Shown here piece by piece: positions 14,125 through 27,106 of a stretch of DNA of 64,000 bases. The stretch is from NCBI RefSeq assembly GCF_006345805.1, contig NC_043014.1:53072001-53136000 (forward strand). Direction: 5' to 3'. The first letter of the stretch is position 1; the number at the start of each line of letters is the position of its first letter. The stretch comes from Octopus sinensis (lineage: Eukaryota). Below the pieces are notes generated by a model. The model was given only the letters and a program-made list of their open reading frames with translations. It was not told the origin of the DNA and did no database searches. The position numbers and the translations under genes were made by a program.

Positions 14125-14480
14125 GACACGGGTGTGTGGCTAAGATGTTCGCTTCGCAACCACAAGGTTTCGATTCGAGTTCATGCCCGCTATTCGGCAT
14201 CTTACGCAAGTGTCTTCTACTATTGCTCTGGCACAGTGTGTTTGGTAAACGGAAAGTGTGCAGAAGCCTGTTTTGTGTGTGTGTGTGTGCGTCGTCTTTG
14301 TCATTCCAATAGCTTAACAACCGGTGTTGGTTTGATTACGTTCTCCGTGACCAAGCGGTTCGGCGAAAGACCGTCAGAATACGTACCAAATCTCAAACAA
14401 AACGAAAAAGCAGTGGGGTCGCCTTCATCGAGTGGAGTTCACTCATAATGGCCGTGTACCAGTGTGGCCGCAGTCCAAAT
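14125..14480 (+). mobile_element. tRNA-derived SINE, family B (diverged)
   Basis: Colinear with 41945-42355, including the central (TG)n tract. Confidence 0.7.
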
Positions 14481-14742
14481 CTTCTCAGTCTTAAACATCA
14501 AAAGCCCAATCCATCCTCCCACATTGATATCGGTGTTCTATAAGCAATTCCACCCGACCGCCTCACCCACCCATTAGTTCGTGGTTGTTAAGCCTCGAAG
14601 CCGGCCTTTAATGGGCAAAAACTTTCACAACCCATCTAGATTTTCGAACTTCATTACCCAAAGTGTGGTTTTGAGGAAAATTTATTTCTAACGAGTGGAA
14701 TGACAATATAGATACGTTCCCCCTTCAGCTTTTTTGATTCAT

Positions 14743-15438
14743 TGTGGTCGTGACACGATTGACCACAAAAAGGTCTCAACTTTCACCGAAGCACATAGAA
14801 AGTACTTGGAAAGCATCCAGGGGCGAGTTAACGAAAGACTCCCAACAGAGACTCAGACTCCTTCCGTCAGAATCTATTTACATGTAAAATGGAGTTCATC
14901 AAGAAAGTGTAGCGTTTATTAAACACAGACAAAAGTACTAAACAGGGACCAGAGACGGAGTGGGAGGCTAGGAAGGGGGTTCTTGAGAGGGGGGGCGTAA
15001 CTGTGAAGAGACACATAAAATCACTTTGGCCCTATCACGTCAAGCATGTCTTTACTTCATCCACCCTGGGCCTAACCCTACCATAGCTACAGAATGGGGT
15101 GCTAAATATTTGGCTCCTCAGAGCAAGAGTGACTAGCTGCCAATCCCCCGCCTCCTTTCTCTATGAAAACAACATGGCCGCCATTGCTTATCTCTTTAAA
15201 TGTTACTTTACATGTAACTTACAGAGACCAGCTGCCTTTATAATTAATCACTTAATAACGGAGTGTAATCTTGCTTGAGTAGAGAGAGAGAGGGGGAGGA
15301 GAGAGAGAAAGAGCTAGAGAGGGGAAGAGAGAGGGGTGAGGGAGGAGGAGAATAAGAGCTGGAGAGCTTAAGCTCAGTAGTTCAGTGATTGTACTTCTTA
15401 ATCTTTGATATAAAATAATACAACCATTGTCGACTACA
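14743..15438. mobile_element. Possible solo LTR
   Basis: TGTGGTCG...CGACTACA terminal inverted repeat (7/8), minus-strand AATAAA near 14917 and YY1-like CATGGCCGCCAT near 15175. No TSD found. Confidence 0.3.
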
Positions 15439-15915
15439 CTTGACCTCGGTTAGTCTGTTACTAGTTTCACCGTTGTTGAAATAGTGTTGTTGCTCTGAAA
15501 AGTTAGGCTTGCCTCAAACGCTGCTTCTTCTCTAACCCAACACCATTAAATGCAAACCAACAGCTAAGTTACAATCACAATTTGTCAGACGCCCTAGTTC
15601 TTTGCTTAGCTGCCAACTGGAGAGACAGAGAGAGCACGAACGGTGGGGGGGGGGTAGATAAACTGTATAGAAATTTCCTTTAACACAAATAAAGGCAATC
15701 GTATGTGTAGACCTCTACTTCCGGCGGAATCGTAAGGGCGTCGTTGTAACAACATTCTGTGTATATTACCAGTCTTCCATTTGTCCTGGATATCTGCCAG
15801 GGCTCGCACTTCCGCTAAAGTTTTGCCGGCTCATTTCTTCATGCCTCCCTCAATATATTTCTTTTAATGGTTTCAATCGTTGGACTACAGACATGCTCAA
15901 GCACCATAATGAAAA

Positions 15916-16027
15916 TGGTACAGCTGTTTCGTTATGAGATTTTGTGATGTAAGCATTCAGCTATGCATTCTGCATAACATCCATAAGATTACGTAATATA
16001 TTAGTCAAGCGTCAACTCATCAGGCCA
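15916..16027 (-). ncRNA. Type I hammerhead-like motif with long stem II insertion
   Basis: Minus strand UGGC-CUGAUGA-GUU-(~80 nt)-AAC-GAAAC-AGCU-GUA-CCA. All core nucleotides, the palindromic stem III and the GUA triplet are present. Stem I is short and offset by one base. Confidence 0.65.
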
Positions 16028-16334
16028 ACCAAATGGCCAAGCAGGTAGTGGACGTGTTGATGGATCAAAGTTCATCAAGAAGTGAAATTTCAAATCAGAA
16101 TTACCAACAATCTAAGAAATGTAAAGTGGGCGGGACTGCAACCTGTCAATCAATGACGGGGCATAACTGAGAAATGTTGTAAATTAAAGGCATTTCTATT
16201 CGAACGATGTCATTAAACTTTGCAGCTTCATTCGTCAAGTCTAGCAATGGCAGAAGGCGCACGATGAGCAGCGGATAGGAGGCGCCAAAAGTGACACTCA
16301 CTATCAAAGCACAAAAAAACCATTTGCAGAGTTT

Positions 16335-16680
16335 TACATATTTAATTATTTGACTGCGGTCATGCTGGAGCACCGCCTTTAATCGAACAAATCTACCCCT
16401 GGATTTACTCTTTGTAAACCTCGTACTTATTCTAACGGTCTCTTGTCGAACCGCTAAGTTAAGGAGACGAAAACATACAAACATCAGATGTCAAGCGATG
16501 GTGGGATGACAATCATCATATATATATATATATATATATACATATATACGACGGGCTTCTTTCAGTTTCCGTCTACCAAATCCACTGACAAGGCTTTGGT
16601 CGGCCTGAGGCTACAGTAGAGACACTTGCCCAAGGTGCCACGCAGTGGGACTGAACCTGGAACCATGTGGTTGGGAAGCA
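16335..16680 (-). mobile_element. tRNA-derived SINE, family B
   Basis: Reverse complement of the 41945-42355 family with central (TA)n. Confidence 0.85.
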
Positions 16681-16894
16681 TGCACACACACACACTAATC
16701 TTGAACAGAGAGAATGAGTGCTCAACACTGCATTGGTGGATAAACACTGCATTGTGGGTCAACAATGCAACCAATGGTTTCATATGGAACGAGTCCCAGC
16801 ATTTCCATGTGACACACTAAATGTTATCTAAAATTATGGGCAAAGAAAGAAATAGCAAAAAATATTTGAAAATTGTGGTGGGGGTGAAATTGCC

Positions 16895-17365
16895 GAGAGT
16901 TCCACCCCACCCCGTTTTCCGGACCCCAAAAAAGGGGGGTTGTAGCTTATTAAGTCACCGAAATTCAGTCAACGAAAATAATAAAAAAATTTCCAATGAT
17001 TCCAGGATAGGGGGGATTCCCACCCACCCCCTTTTCCACCGAACAAAAATAAGGGGTTCGCTGCATATTAGGAAGTCAGAGTACTTGATTCGAAGCAAAA
17101 AATTCGAGTTTTTTTTTTTTTCTTAGTGAAAATCGTGCGGTTGAAAAGATCAATGGGGGTGAGGATTAAATTTCTGAGGCTTCCACCTCACCCCACCCCG
17201 TTTTGTAGCATATTAGGTCACCGGAATTCATTCAACGAAAAAAAAAATTCCAAGCTTTTTTTTTTCTCCAAACAAAAATAAGGAGTTTGCAGTAGTATAT
17301 CAGGATACTTGATTCCATGCAAAAAGTCCGAGATTTTTTTGTTTTTTTCTAAAAAAAAAAAACAG
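16895..17365. repeat. Diverged two-copy tandem repeat (~280-bp period), possibly Helentron-internal
   Basis: TGTAGC.TATTA.GTCACCG.AATTCA.TCAACGAAAA and AACAAAAATAAGG.GTT...TACTTGATTC each occur twice. Confidence 0.65.
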
Positions 17366-19784
17366 CCAGAGATGGGACTAAACATTGGCGCGGATCGAAC
17401 GCTTGACACTTGATTGAGCTGCTTAGTGTTGTGGAGCGGAGTGGGGGGGGGGCAGTCGAATCTACGTTTGCAGGCAAAGACAATTATGAACATGCTTCGG
17501 TCTATTTAAACCTCATCAACAAATTGGTGGATAGATTTTGGCTGTGAATAATTTCATGCTGTTTTATCTTTATTTTTTGTGCACGGCATTCATTACAAAA
17601 TCCTTCTAATTGAACTGATTATTTCTTCACAAATTGCAAAACTAGACATTATGTGCAGTGCAGCAAAGCCGACTAAAGTTACACACAAACCCTAATTGTT
17701 TTGTCAAATAGCTCAACACAATGCTTTCGTTAATTGGCCAGAAATGATGTTTGTTTAAATCACGTAAGAAATAAGTAACCAGTCATGTGAAAGGGTTAGA
17801 CCATTTGAAAAAACGAAGGTCAACTAAAGGCCAAAGCGTGAAGAAGCTGGATGCAGGGCGGAAAGGAAGGAGGAAATAAATATACCGATTGCGAAAGGAT
17901 GGTTGCATATAAGACTATTTCATAAGTCTAAGGATGTCGAATAATTGATAGAAATCTGTCGGAAGATAAAGTAACTAAGATGCAGTCTGCAGTCGTTAAA
18001 ATGCTTGTAAAGGATGACCGTACATTGCAGGGAAAAACAAAATTGGGTTCAATACTGCTTTATTTAATTAAGGTGGGAAAGCAAAAGGTTTAATAATAGA
18101 TGCGTTTAGAGGAGGACCCGAGCTGAGATTTGATGCGAGGTTTCAGCTAAAACTCAAAAACCAGGAATGTTTATCACTACTTTTAAAAAGGAGCCAAATA
18201 TGTAGTCATCTGATCTGCAAGAAAAAGCTGCTAAGCACGTCCCCAAAGTGGCAAGACATTGTAGTCTGGAAAAAAAGTAGATAAAAACGTAATCTGATCA
18301 CATCTGGAAAAAAGAACTCTTTATTTCGCTGGTTTGCCCTGCGACATCTGGATAAACAACAATATTGAGTAATGGTTAATAAAATATAAAAAATTTCAAA
18401 GTGTTAAAATATAATTTATAAACAATTAAAAAAATAGTATATAGTTAGTTGATAATGTATTATAATGCAAGAGAGAAAATAAGGAGGAGAGGAGGAAGGC
18501 CAGAGTAAATAACAGTGGCGACAACCAACAGGCAGTATTAGTAAAAACTCCACCGAGGAAGTCTAATAACACCGAAACATGCCTAGAGTTGTCTGTACTG
18601 TTAAGCTCTGACACTCCCATAGCGGTATTCTATTTTAGTTAAAATTTTCGAGTTTCTCTTCTGCTTTTCTTTACAAGAATTTATTAAGCTAAGGATTTTT
18701 TTTTTTTTTTGCGGATATGTTTTTAGCTAATTCTTTGGTTTAATATTTACATTGTTAGCACCGATCTTGAAAATCGCAAAAAATTTTGAAACAGTTACGT
18801 TGGATCGAAGTTAAAACGAAGAAGCAGCGGGAAACGGTGAGAATGTTTAGAGAAAGTAAACCAAGAAGCGGTTGGATAAGGAAAATATATTTGGAGACCC
18901 TTGACAAGATTATTAAAGCAACAAGAAAAAACAAAGGCTTTAAACGGCAACAAGTAGCGAGAGAGTAATTAGTTCTGGGCGTGTTCTTGGATGTTGGTAA
19001 GGATGTGCGGGAGTTGGCTGAAGGCAGGAGCCAATGGAAGAGGAGGAGGACACATGCGGTCTTTCGGTCCGTTTCGATGCAGCAGCGAAATCCAATGATT
19101 ATGTCACTTTCAAAATAAAAAGGGGGGGACGAAGGAGAGACGGCTACACTGTGTGTGTGTGTGTGTTGCTTAGGCCCCGGTCAGCGCTGACCAAAGGTAT
19201 TCTAACCATCACCATTCTGTCTTCCACTCCTCCTCCTCCTCCTCCGATCCATGCAGAGACCTCGGGATGGAACCTCTCCCTCGTCGCTCCTCCAACTGAT
19301 GCGTCTCTTCGTTAATTTACCAGCAAGTGGCTGAGTATTCCAAATACGACGAATCCGACAAGATTCCAGTCTCGCTCTTTCTGTCTTCACCTCCGAGTTG
19401 CTGCGTGAATTAATGTATGGTGCAGTGTAGTGCAAGTGGTATACTGAGGTGCAGTGTATATTGTAGTGATTAGCGTGGTGGTGGTGGGCTGGAACGGTGG
19501 GGGGTGTATTTCATTTGATGGACGAGTTATTATTGAAACAGCTGAAATAAGGAAATGAAAGCAGGTGAATGAAGAAGCGAGATCACTGAAAGTTACCTCC
19601 CATCCTTCCTCGCTTTTTGTCTTTCTTTGCAAACGTTTATCTTCTGAGAAAGGAGAAATGGCGAGTTGTCTTTTGTGGCAGCCGCTGAGTACCACGATTA
19701 TCGCACAAACAGTTCTAGGTTGGTTGTCAGAAAAAGAGGGAAAGTTATTTTAATTAGTCACACAGCACACCACACACACACACA

Positions 19785-19942
19785 CACACACACATGATCA
19801 CAACAGCGTCCACCCACACACACACGCTCGCATCGGGCCGCACAACAGCGTCCACCCACACACACGATCACATTGGGCCGCACAACAGCATCCACCCACA
19901 CACCCACACACACGATCACATCGGGCCGCACAACAACGGCCA
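19785..19942. repeat. Minisatellite, ~40-bp unit, 3-4 copies
   Basis: Repeated CACACACGATCACATCGGGCCGCACAACAGCGTCCACC. Confidence 0.85.
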
Positions 19943-20680
19943 TACACCATATGAATGTGGATGATTACTCGGTCAAGTACTTCATAGATAGAGAGAGAGT
20001 GTGTGTATGTGAGAAAGGGAGACAGAGAGAGAGAGAAAGAAAGAGAGAGATGAGGGGGGGAGAGAGAGCGGGATGTGAGTGTGTTCAGGGTTTATTACAG
20101 ACGCTTCTTTGATGGGGGCAGAGGAAGGATTATTAGGTTTTTGAAGTTTTGCATGGAATCCAGCCGGTATGAGCGCATGCCCCCCATTAAAAGGATATCT
20201 TTGCCAACACCAATTTGAACTCGCGTCCAATCTGGCGAACCATCACAACTCTGCTCTAGAGACAACAGCCTGGCATTAAGAATAAAAATTTAACAGAAGG
20301 AATAAGTTTAAATTGTTTCCGTTACATTATTTTTTACCAAAGCTGGGACAAAAAAAAAAAATCACTGCTGACCTTTGCGTTTATATTTGGTTCAAGCGTT
20401 AAAATAGCTGAAATGCAGCGCTTGTAGATCGGTCGGTTTGACACAGGAGGGAAAAAAACATCAGTTTTCTACAAAATTTTAAACTTCTCAATTTATTGAA
20501 TCTATATTTACATTTATTGTTTCTCCGGTTACAACTAAATACATTTCATTGGAGAAGATACACTTGAGCAAGTCTTTCAGCTTCGACTATTTATTTCAAT
20601 TTTTCATAAAATAATTTATTATAATGGATTCCTAAATATCGTGTTTTTTTGTTTTTTTAAGGTGGCAGGGTGTGATTTAA

Positions 20681-20891
20681 CCCTTTAGTATTGAAACCGG
20701 CCATTTCAAGTGCAAATGTTTTATTTTCAAACTGATAAGACCAGGCCTCTCAGACATACCCTACAATGCCATTTTAAAAATAAACAGTCACGTCGTTGAA
20801 ATCTCAAAGCTAGAAGATACTGTACGATAAATTCAAAATGATGTAATTAAATAACAATTAAATTTACTGGGGTTATCTTAGTGCTAAAGGA
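20681..20891. mobile_element. piggyBac-type MITE
   Basis: TTAA TSD at 20677-80 and 20892-95, termini CCCTTTAGTA...TGCTAAAGGA. It splits a copy of the 200-bp repeat. Confidence 0.8.
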
Positions 20892-21289
20892 TTAAGAGAA
20901 ATCTGACTGCTATTTGTGGCAAATCGAGCGACGAGATAATAGCTTCCTCGATAAATCGTCATTTAAATAAGGGGACCCCGTCTTAATAACGAAGCAAGTC
21001 CTAGATGAGGCCTGGCATTTTAAATGCAAGAGACCCACTTGCGCGAAAACATATTTAAAAGGCCTTTTATATATCTTAGATTTGTCAGGCGATGAATCTT
21101 TCCGAGTGGATCCACAGAAGACTCCCTGCCGTTTCTCCTCTTCTTAAATGAGATACCATCAATTGCTTTCGCTGTTTATCTTTGTTTTATCTGAATGATA
21201 ATTTGTCACCCACTTGGCACACTACTAAAATAGGATATTCAACTGATGTCGACGAACACACACTGAACCAAGGCACCCTGCCTTGGTTC

Positions 21290-21560
21290 GGTCTGTACAA
21301 CGAGAAAATAAACCATTGCTATTATGCAAAAGTGTAGTAACTCCAAAACATCGCTTTTTTCAGAAAATGAGAAAATAGTTTCACCATTCCATAACAAAAC
21401 CGTTGTACTACACTTTGACAATTTTTGATATCTTGGCATCTGAAGCAGCTGGAGATACAATAGTTTGACCAAAAGAACCGGCTATTGCAAGCAGAAATTG
21501 AAAAAGACACATTTGGCCAAACGAAAGATGCTTTAACATAATAGCGACGAAACGAAATCA
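21290..21560 (+). mobile_element. Decayed LINE reverse-transcriptase C-terminal fragment (RTE-like)
   Basis: Broken translation HFDNF*YLGI...AEIEKD.FGQTKDA resembles the F.YLG ... EI..RI..AK.AF motif. Confidence 0.5.
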
Positions 21561-22833
21561 AACGAATTGCATTCCATTCTAAGCAGGAAGAGAAGGGACA
21601 CTGCTAGGCCCACCAGTGATTGTGGTTAGTAAGAAGTTTTGAAGGTGAATGGTTGAAATAGGGATATATAAAGGGGCGTGTGGAAAGGGCTTTGTATGGG
21701 GTTTCAAAGAGAACAAAGAGATTTGAAGTGGTGAAATATTCATATTTAACCAACAATCAGAGAAACAACTGATTCGATCACCCGGCCAGAATGTTAAGAT
21801 AAACTACAAAAGACTAAATTGATATTATCGTAAATTGATAGATGTTATTATTTCATTCCTTTCGATTTTAAATCTGCTCCTTTATCGGATTTCAATTTGT
21901 TGCACAGAAATTGATATTCATACGTAATGACACACCCCCCCCGCTTCCACCTCCTATATGCCAGGTAGTTTTGTCTGGCAGTGCCGCGAGGAGAGGCCAT
22001 CATCCATCAAGCTATTCACGAAAGAGGGGGAGATAAAATAATTTCATATCCGAGGAATAAGTAAAATATGGAAATGTTTAACAACTGAGAAGCTAAATAA
22101 TTCACACATGGCAGACGTTCACCCGATCAAGAGATAAAAGCCAACTCTGCCAGTGAAACAGACGACTACGAATATCGTGATTAAAACCAAAAGAAAAAAA
22201 AAGGCGACCTTGACTCATTAACTGATAAACGATGATTACATTTCTCCGTTAATCTGTGTCGTTATTGTTTCAACCATCGACATTCCATAAATATTAGGAA
22301 AAAAAACAATTTGATGAAATATGAGAAAACGCTTCAGGATATGAGACGATTGTTTAAACAGGAAAAAAAATGGTTAATGACACAGGACAAGGAGGGGGAG
22401 AGGGAGAGTAAGGGGGAGAGACAGAGAAAGAGAGAGAGAGAGGGAGGGGGGAGTCGAGGAGGATGACATAAAACAGGGATCAAATATGTGCCTGGGAACA
22501 GAAAGTCCCCTTAACATAAAATCCAAGAAAGACTGGAATTATGTAATTTACTGAATAATGAGACCAAGTCCCTAAACATCCAACTAGGTTTACTGGCCCT
22601 GTTAAGGGGCTGACACTGTAAAGGGGCTGGCACAGCTCTGATCGAACCGTCCAACCCATGCCAGCACAGAAAACGGACGTTAAAGGATGATGATTAACTC
22701 CATACCAACCCTTTGCATCTAAAATCTAGAGAATCTTTTATGTGCATGCACATCACCACATCATCGTTTATCAATGATCCATCGACAAGGTTTCATAATG
22801 TCTAATTGTCGTGGAAGAGCGAAGAATCTAAAG

Positions 22834-23161
22834 CAGGGTTTCTTAAATGTTTTCACCCAACGAACCCGTTCGTCACACCCGACTGTATTGAGGGGTACCC
22901 CTTGTGAAAAATATGTTGTAAAATGGTTGAATACCATTAAAAAAATAATTAATTAAATCGTTAATGTCATCAAAGTTATTAAATATCGAAGTCAACACTT
23001 TTTCTAGAAATATTGTTAAATTTGACAGTGCACCAATTGAAAAATAGTGGTTTGTGAGTAAAAATCTAATGGGGGTGAGATTTTTACAAAACTCTCCTGC
23101 TCTCCGCTAACTCTTTGTGTACCCATAAGATTACATTGTATCCTGGCTGAAGAAACCCCTG
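22834..23161. mobile_element. hAT (Charlie-like) MITE
   Basis: Termini CAGGGTTTCTT...AAGAAACCCCTG and a decayed 8-bp TSD with central TA (ATCTAAAG / AAGTAAAA). Confidence 0.7.
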
Positions 23162-25701
23162 AAGTAAAATTTCAGACTTTTTCTCTCCATCCGAGAGTAA
23201 ACGAAACGTCGACTTTGTCAGAGGATTTCCTCAAGCGCCAGCGATAGCAGTTTCAATCCAACGGTGGATCACCTACATGGTCGTTCCACCTGCTAGAATC
23301 AGCAGCCAAATGTCCTTCACAAGAACAAGATGGCATTGGATAATATAGGACTAACAAAGAAATCGAACTCTGTTCTGCCAACTTCACACGAACTTTCTCT
23401 GCTTCCCCATTGAAGCAGTAAGTGGTTGAGTATTCCAGATCCATGTATCCATGTATAATCCTCGGGCAGAGCCAGAAGAGTGAGAGAAGGCTTTGAATTA
23501 ATAGGAGGATTCTATCCGATAGGCTTCTGTAGTTTCTGTCGACCAACATGACTGGAAGCTTGAGTTGAGGTCATTGCCTAAGACGCGATTGCAAAGCGAG
23601 CTTCTTCGCCCTTTGACTACTCTCCGTCTACAATATAGAACTAAATAACAAAAACAGAAATAAACACTGCGTAGGTTGTCTCAAAGGGGAATGTCTTTGA
23701 CAATCGGCTGAGGGCTAATCTAGGGCAAAAAGCACATTCATCATTCTTCATTCCCAGACAAAGAGAAACACCAGAATAGTCATAATCTAAAACAATTGAT
23801 GGCGATTTAGTGAACTTTGCCCATTTGGAGAATCACTTCATTTAAAACAGACTTGGCGGGATTTTAGAAACTGTTCACATTGTATTTCTGCAGTATTCAA
23901 TCGATAAACACAGACAGGTCGAGTTTAGTTCTCACGGAAAGTACCTTAAAACCCCAGCACCAGTAGAACTTGTTCGCCATTTCTAATTGGTGGGGAGAAA
24001 GATTGCCCTTCCTCTCACGAACACATTACATAATTTAGCGAAGTGGCAATTATCTTCACACACACACATTTGTACGAGGAAAGATAATCACAAAGTTTAA
24101 GTACACACACACACACAGTACGTGTGTGTGTATCATAAACTTCAATGCAGACCGAAGGTCACTGTAAATGAGATAATTCAAGAACAATCCATAAAACTGT
24201 TTGTATTTTGTCCCCACTTTTAGCAGCATGTTTCAGTGGGGGGAAAAAATTAATAATGGATACTAAATAGTTTTCACATTCTAACACATTTTACAGGAAT
24301 TTGCTGCTAACTTAATTCTCATTATTCAGGCTGATAAGACTGAGAATAGAATTTAGAGGAAGACATCGAGAAAGAAAGAGAAAGATGGGATGGGAGACAG
24401 CAATGAAGAATGAATGTTGGGGCTTGTTAGGCTGTCCATAAAATTACCAACACAAACTTGTTGGCAGTTCAAATATGCTTCAAGTAGATTCAAACTGGCA
24501 AATGAGCCGTTCACTGGATTTTGTGATGGAGAAAATTTTCCCATGTGGACAAACAGGTAGAGATACCCAGAGTCCGTGCACAGTTTCGCACTAGGGTCAA
24601 CTTAATCCCTTTGTCTGTCCTTGTTTGTCCCCTCTATGTTTAGCCCCTTGTGGGCAGTAAAGAAATATAACCAGACGGTTGAAGGCAAGCATTTCAGGTT
24701 ATCCCATCTTCAGCAACAGAGACCGGAAAGGCAGACGCTGCCATTTCAGTCAGATTATATGAGAGAGAGAGAGGGAGAAGTAGGAGAGAGAAAGGGAGAG
24801 AGAGAAGTGGGAGAGAAGAAACGATAAACACCAGATGAAGTTTAGATCATTTTTGTTCCCTACATATGTTTCACCCTTGTGGTCATTTGCATCGTTTGCA
24901 ATGGATGCTCCAAATGCAACTGGATTCTGAATCACAACAGTTCATCAGGAGAACACTATTTTATTGCATTGATCCGTGGAACCTAACAAAGTCTCGTGAA
25001 TTGCTGTTCTACTGCAGAGTCTAAGGGTTCATGGAACACCCACTGCAGTAGATGCATAGAACCACAACGGTGAAACAGAAGTAGGGAACAAAAATGGTAT
25101 CGACTTGTGTTTATCATAATTTCTCCTTTATTTGCTCTGTATATCATAAGCAGAAATACTCCTCGGCACAGGAGTAACCAAACCACTTTGCTAGGTGGAC
25201 GATGGTATGTGAGGAGTTCAGCAGGCGTACACCTAACTCACAAGTTTCACACTAGGTTCTGACTAAAGTTTCCTTCCAAGTTTTATATCCTTGTTACTTT
25301 GAGCTCCAGTTTCAACCACGTCCCACCGAAATACTGTCACGCTCCACCTTGACAAACACTGGGTTGAAGGAGACACTTGCACAAGATGGCAACGGCTTTT
25401 GATCGAACGGGTTTGGCCCCTTGCATTTTTTTTTTAACTTTTTAATATTCTTTTCTTTCATACAACAGGAATTACGATTAAAAGTTGTTGCTTTTCCCGA
25501 AAAATTTAATTTAAAAAAAGTCTCCTTTCCCCTTATTCCTTCTCCATGAGGTAGTGACAGCTATTCCGAAAGGCATTCCATTCCTTGCAGTATCGACATA
25601 AAGAAGGAGCGTCTTTGGAATTGCTCAACCAACGAGAAACAGTCAAATCAACAGAAAATAATTGCCTCGTCTTTAAAAGAAATATATATATACATACACA
25701 T

Positions 25702-26087
25702 TAGCAGTATCACCTGGCGTTGCTCGGGTTTGTTTCGACCTTTTAGAATTGGAATTTTTGGAAAGTAAAATTTTTGCATGCTGTAGCTTGTTATTCTCTT
25801 TAAGTGAACATTTTTCTGGTTGAAATACACCGAAAAATGGCGACACGGCAGTAAAAAATCGTAAAAAATAGGGATTTTCATAGAAAAAAAAGCACCTTTT
25901 TGATGTAAATAATTTTTGGTGTTAACATGGTCTGATTTGAATTTTTTCTTCTACGGAAAGAAGAGCAAGCCTTCTTTATCATGCTCTCAATTTTGACCAA
26001 CTTGCACCGCAGGGACTCGGAGGAGATAGTGTTAGTTGAAGGCTACCAAACCTGCCATACACAGACAACTTCAACTTTATATATATA
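25702..26087 (+). mobile_element. Non-autonomous Helentron/DINE-like element
   Basis: Starts TAGCAGTATCACCTGGCGTTGCTCGGG, ends CAGACAACTTCAACTTTATATATA, and sits in AT microsatellite without TSD. Confidence 0.7.
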
Positions 26088-26195
26088 CACATTATGTGGT
26101 CGTAATGTTTCTAAAACGTAACACGCGATGGCCACAGTTGGAATGTCTTTAATAATAGATCTGCTGGATCAGAACCTACAGGAGTACAAAAAGAC

Positions 26196-26240
<45 letters not shown>

Positions 26241-26613
26241 AGGGAGAGAGAGAGCACAAACGTCTGGACTGCAACACTACACCACCGCCCCATACGAGTC
26301 ACCACTGCATAAGGTAGAGAGTATGGTTCTCAAACAAGAGGAAGGGGGGAAGGGGTTCTGTCTGGTAGATCTGAGTGGTACCCAACCGTTTAGTTAACTG
26401 GGTGCCATATAGGGTACCATTTATCGCTAAAATGTAAGCAAGCATTGCAAAGAGGCAAGGGAGCTGGTGGGGAACACTGGAATTATCAAACATCGCTTCC
26501 TGGTTTAGAGAGCGGAAACAGAACGGTCTGTTTGATAAACAAAGAATATTTACCCCAAAACATCCACAGAGTTTACCGAGTGTCTAGAGTTTAGCTGCTA
26601 ATATTTCCCTCGA

Positions 26614-26752
26614 GCAGGCGGTAAGATGGCAGAATCGTCAGCACGACGAGAAAAATTACTTAGCAGCATTTCATCTGAGTTCTAATTCTGCCGAGGTCGA
26701 CTTTGCGTTTCGGCCTTTTGATGTCGTTAAGTACTAGGATCAATGTAATCGA
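26614..26752 (+). mobile_element. tRNA-derived SINE, family A (diverged, partial)
   Basis: GGCGG..AGATGGCAGAATCGT...GAGTTCTAATTCTGCCGAGGTCGACTTTG. Confidence 0.75.
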
Positions 26753-26879
26753 AGGAAAAGCCAATATTTCCCTCCAGTTCCTAATATCGTAAATTAGTTA
26801 TTTGTTTTTTTTTTTAATTATTTGCTTTAATAATTCATAGGCGAGAAATGGCTAAATCACAGGGAATTAAAGGACAATA

Positions 26880-27106
26880 ATAATCCTTTCTACTATAGGC
26901 ACAAGGCCTCAAAACTTGTGGGGGGGGGGGGGGGTCAGTCGATTAGATCGACCCCTGTACACAACTGGTACTTAATTTATCGACCCCGAAAGGATGAAAA
27001 GCAAAGTCGACCTCGGCAGAATTTGAACTCAGAACGTAGCGGCAGACGAAATACCGCTAAGCATTTCGCCCGGCGTGCTAACGTTTCTGCCAGCTCGCAG
27101 CCTTAA
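26880..27106 (-). mobile_element. tRNA-derived SINE, family A (full length)
   Basis: Complete head to tail match to the other family A copies, flanked by TAA repeats. Confidence 0.9.

Noticed and set aside
16003-16170. Plus-strand open frame as a coding exon
   Set aside because: No recognisable domain or polypyrimidine acceptor, and it overlaps the hammerhead-bearing repeat.
19785-19942. CRISPR-like repeats
   Set aside because: Contiguous minisatellite without unique spacers, in a eukaryotic context.
25547-25555. let-7-like TGAGGTAGT
   Set aside because: Only 9 nt match and no precursor hairpin.
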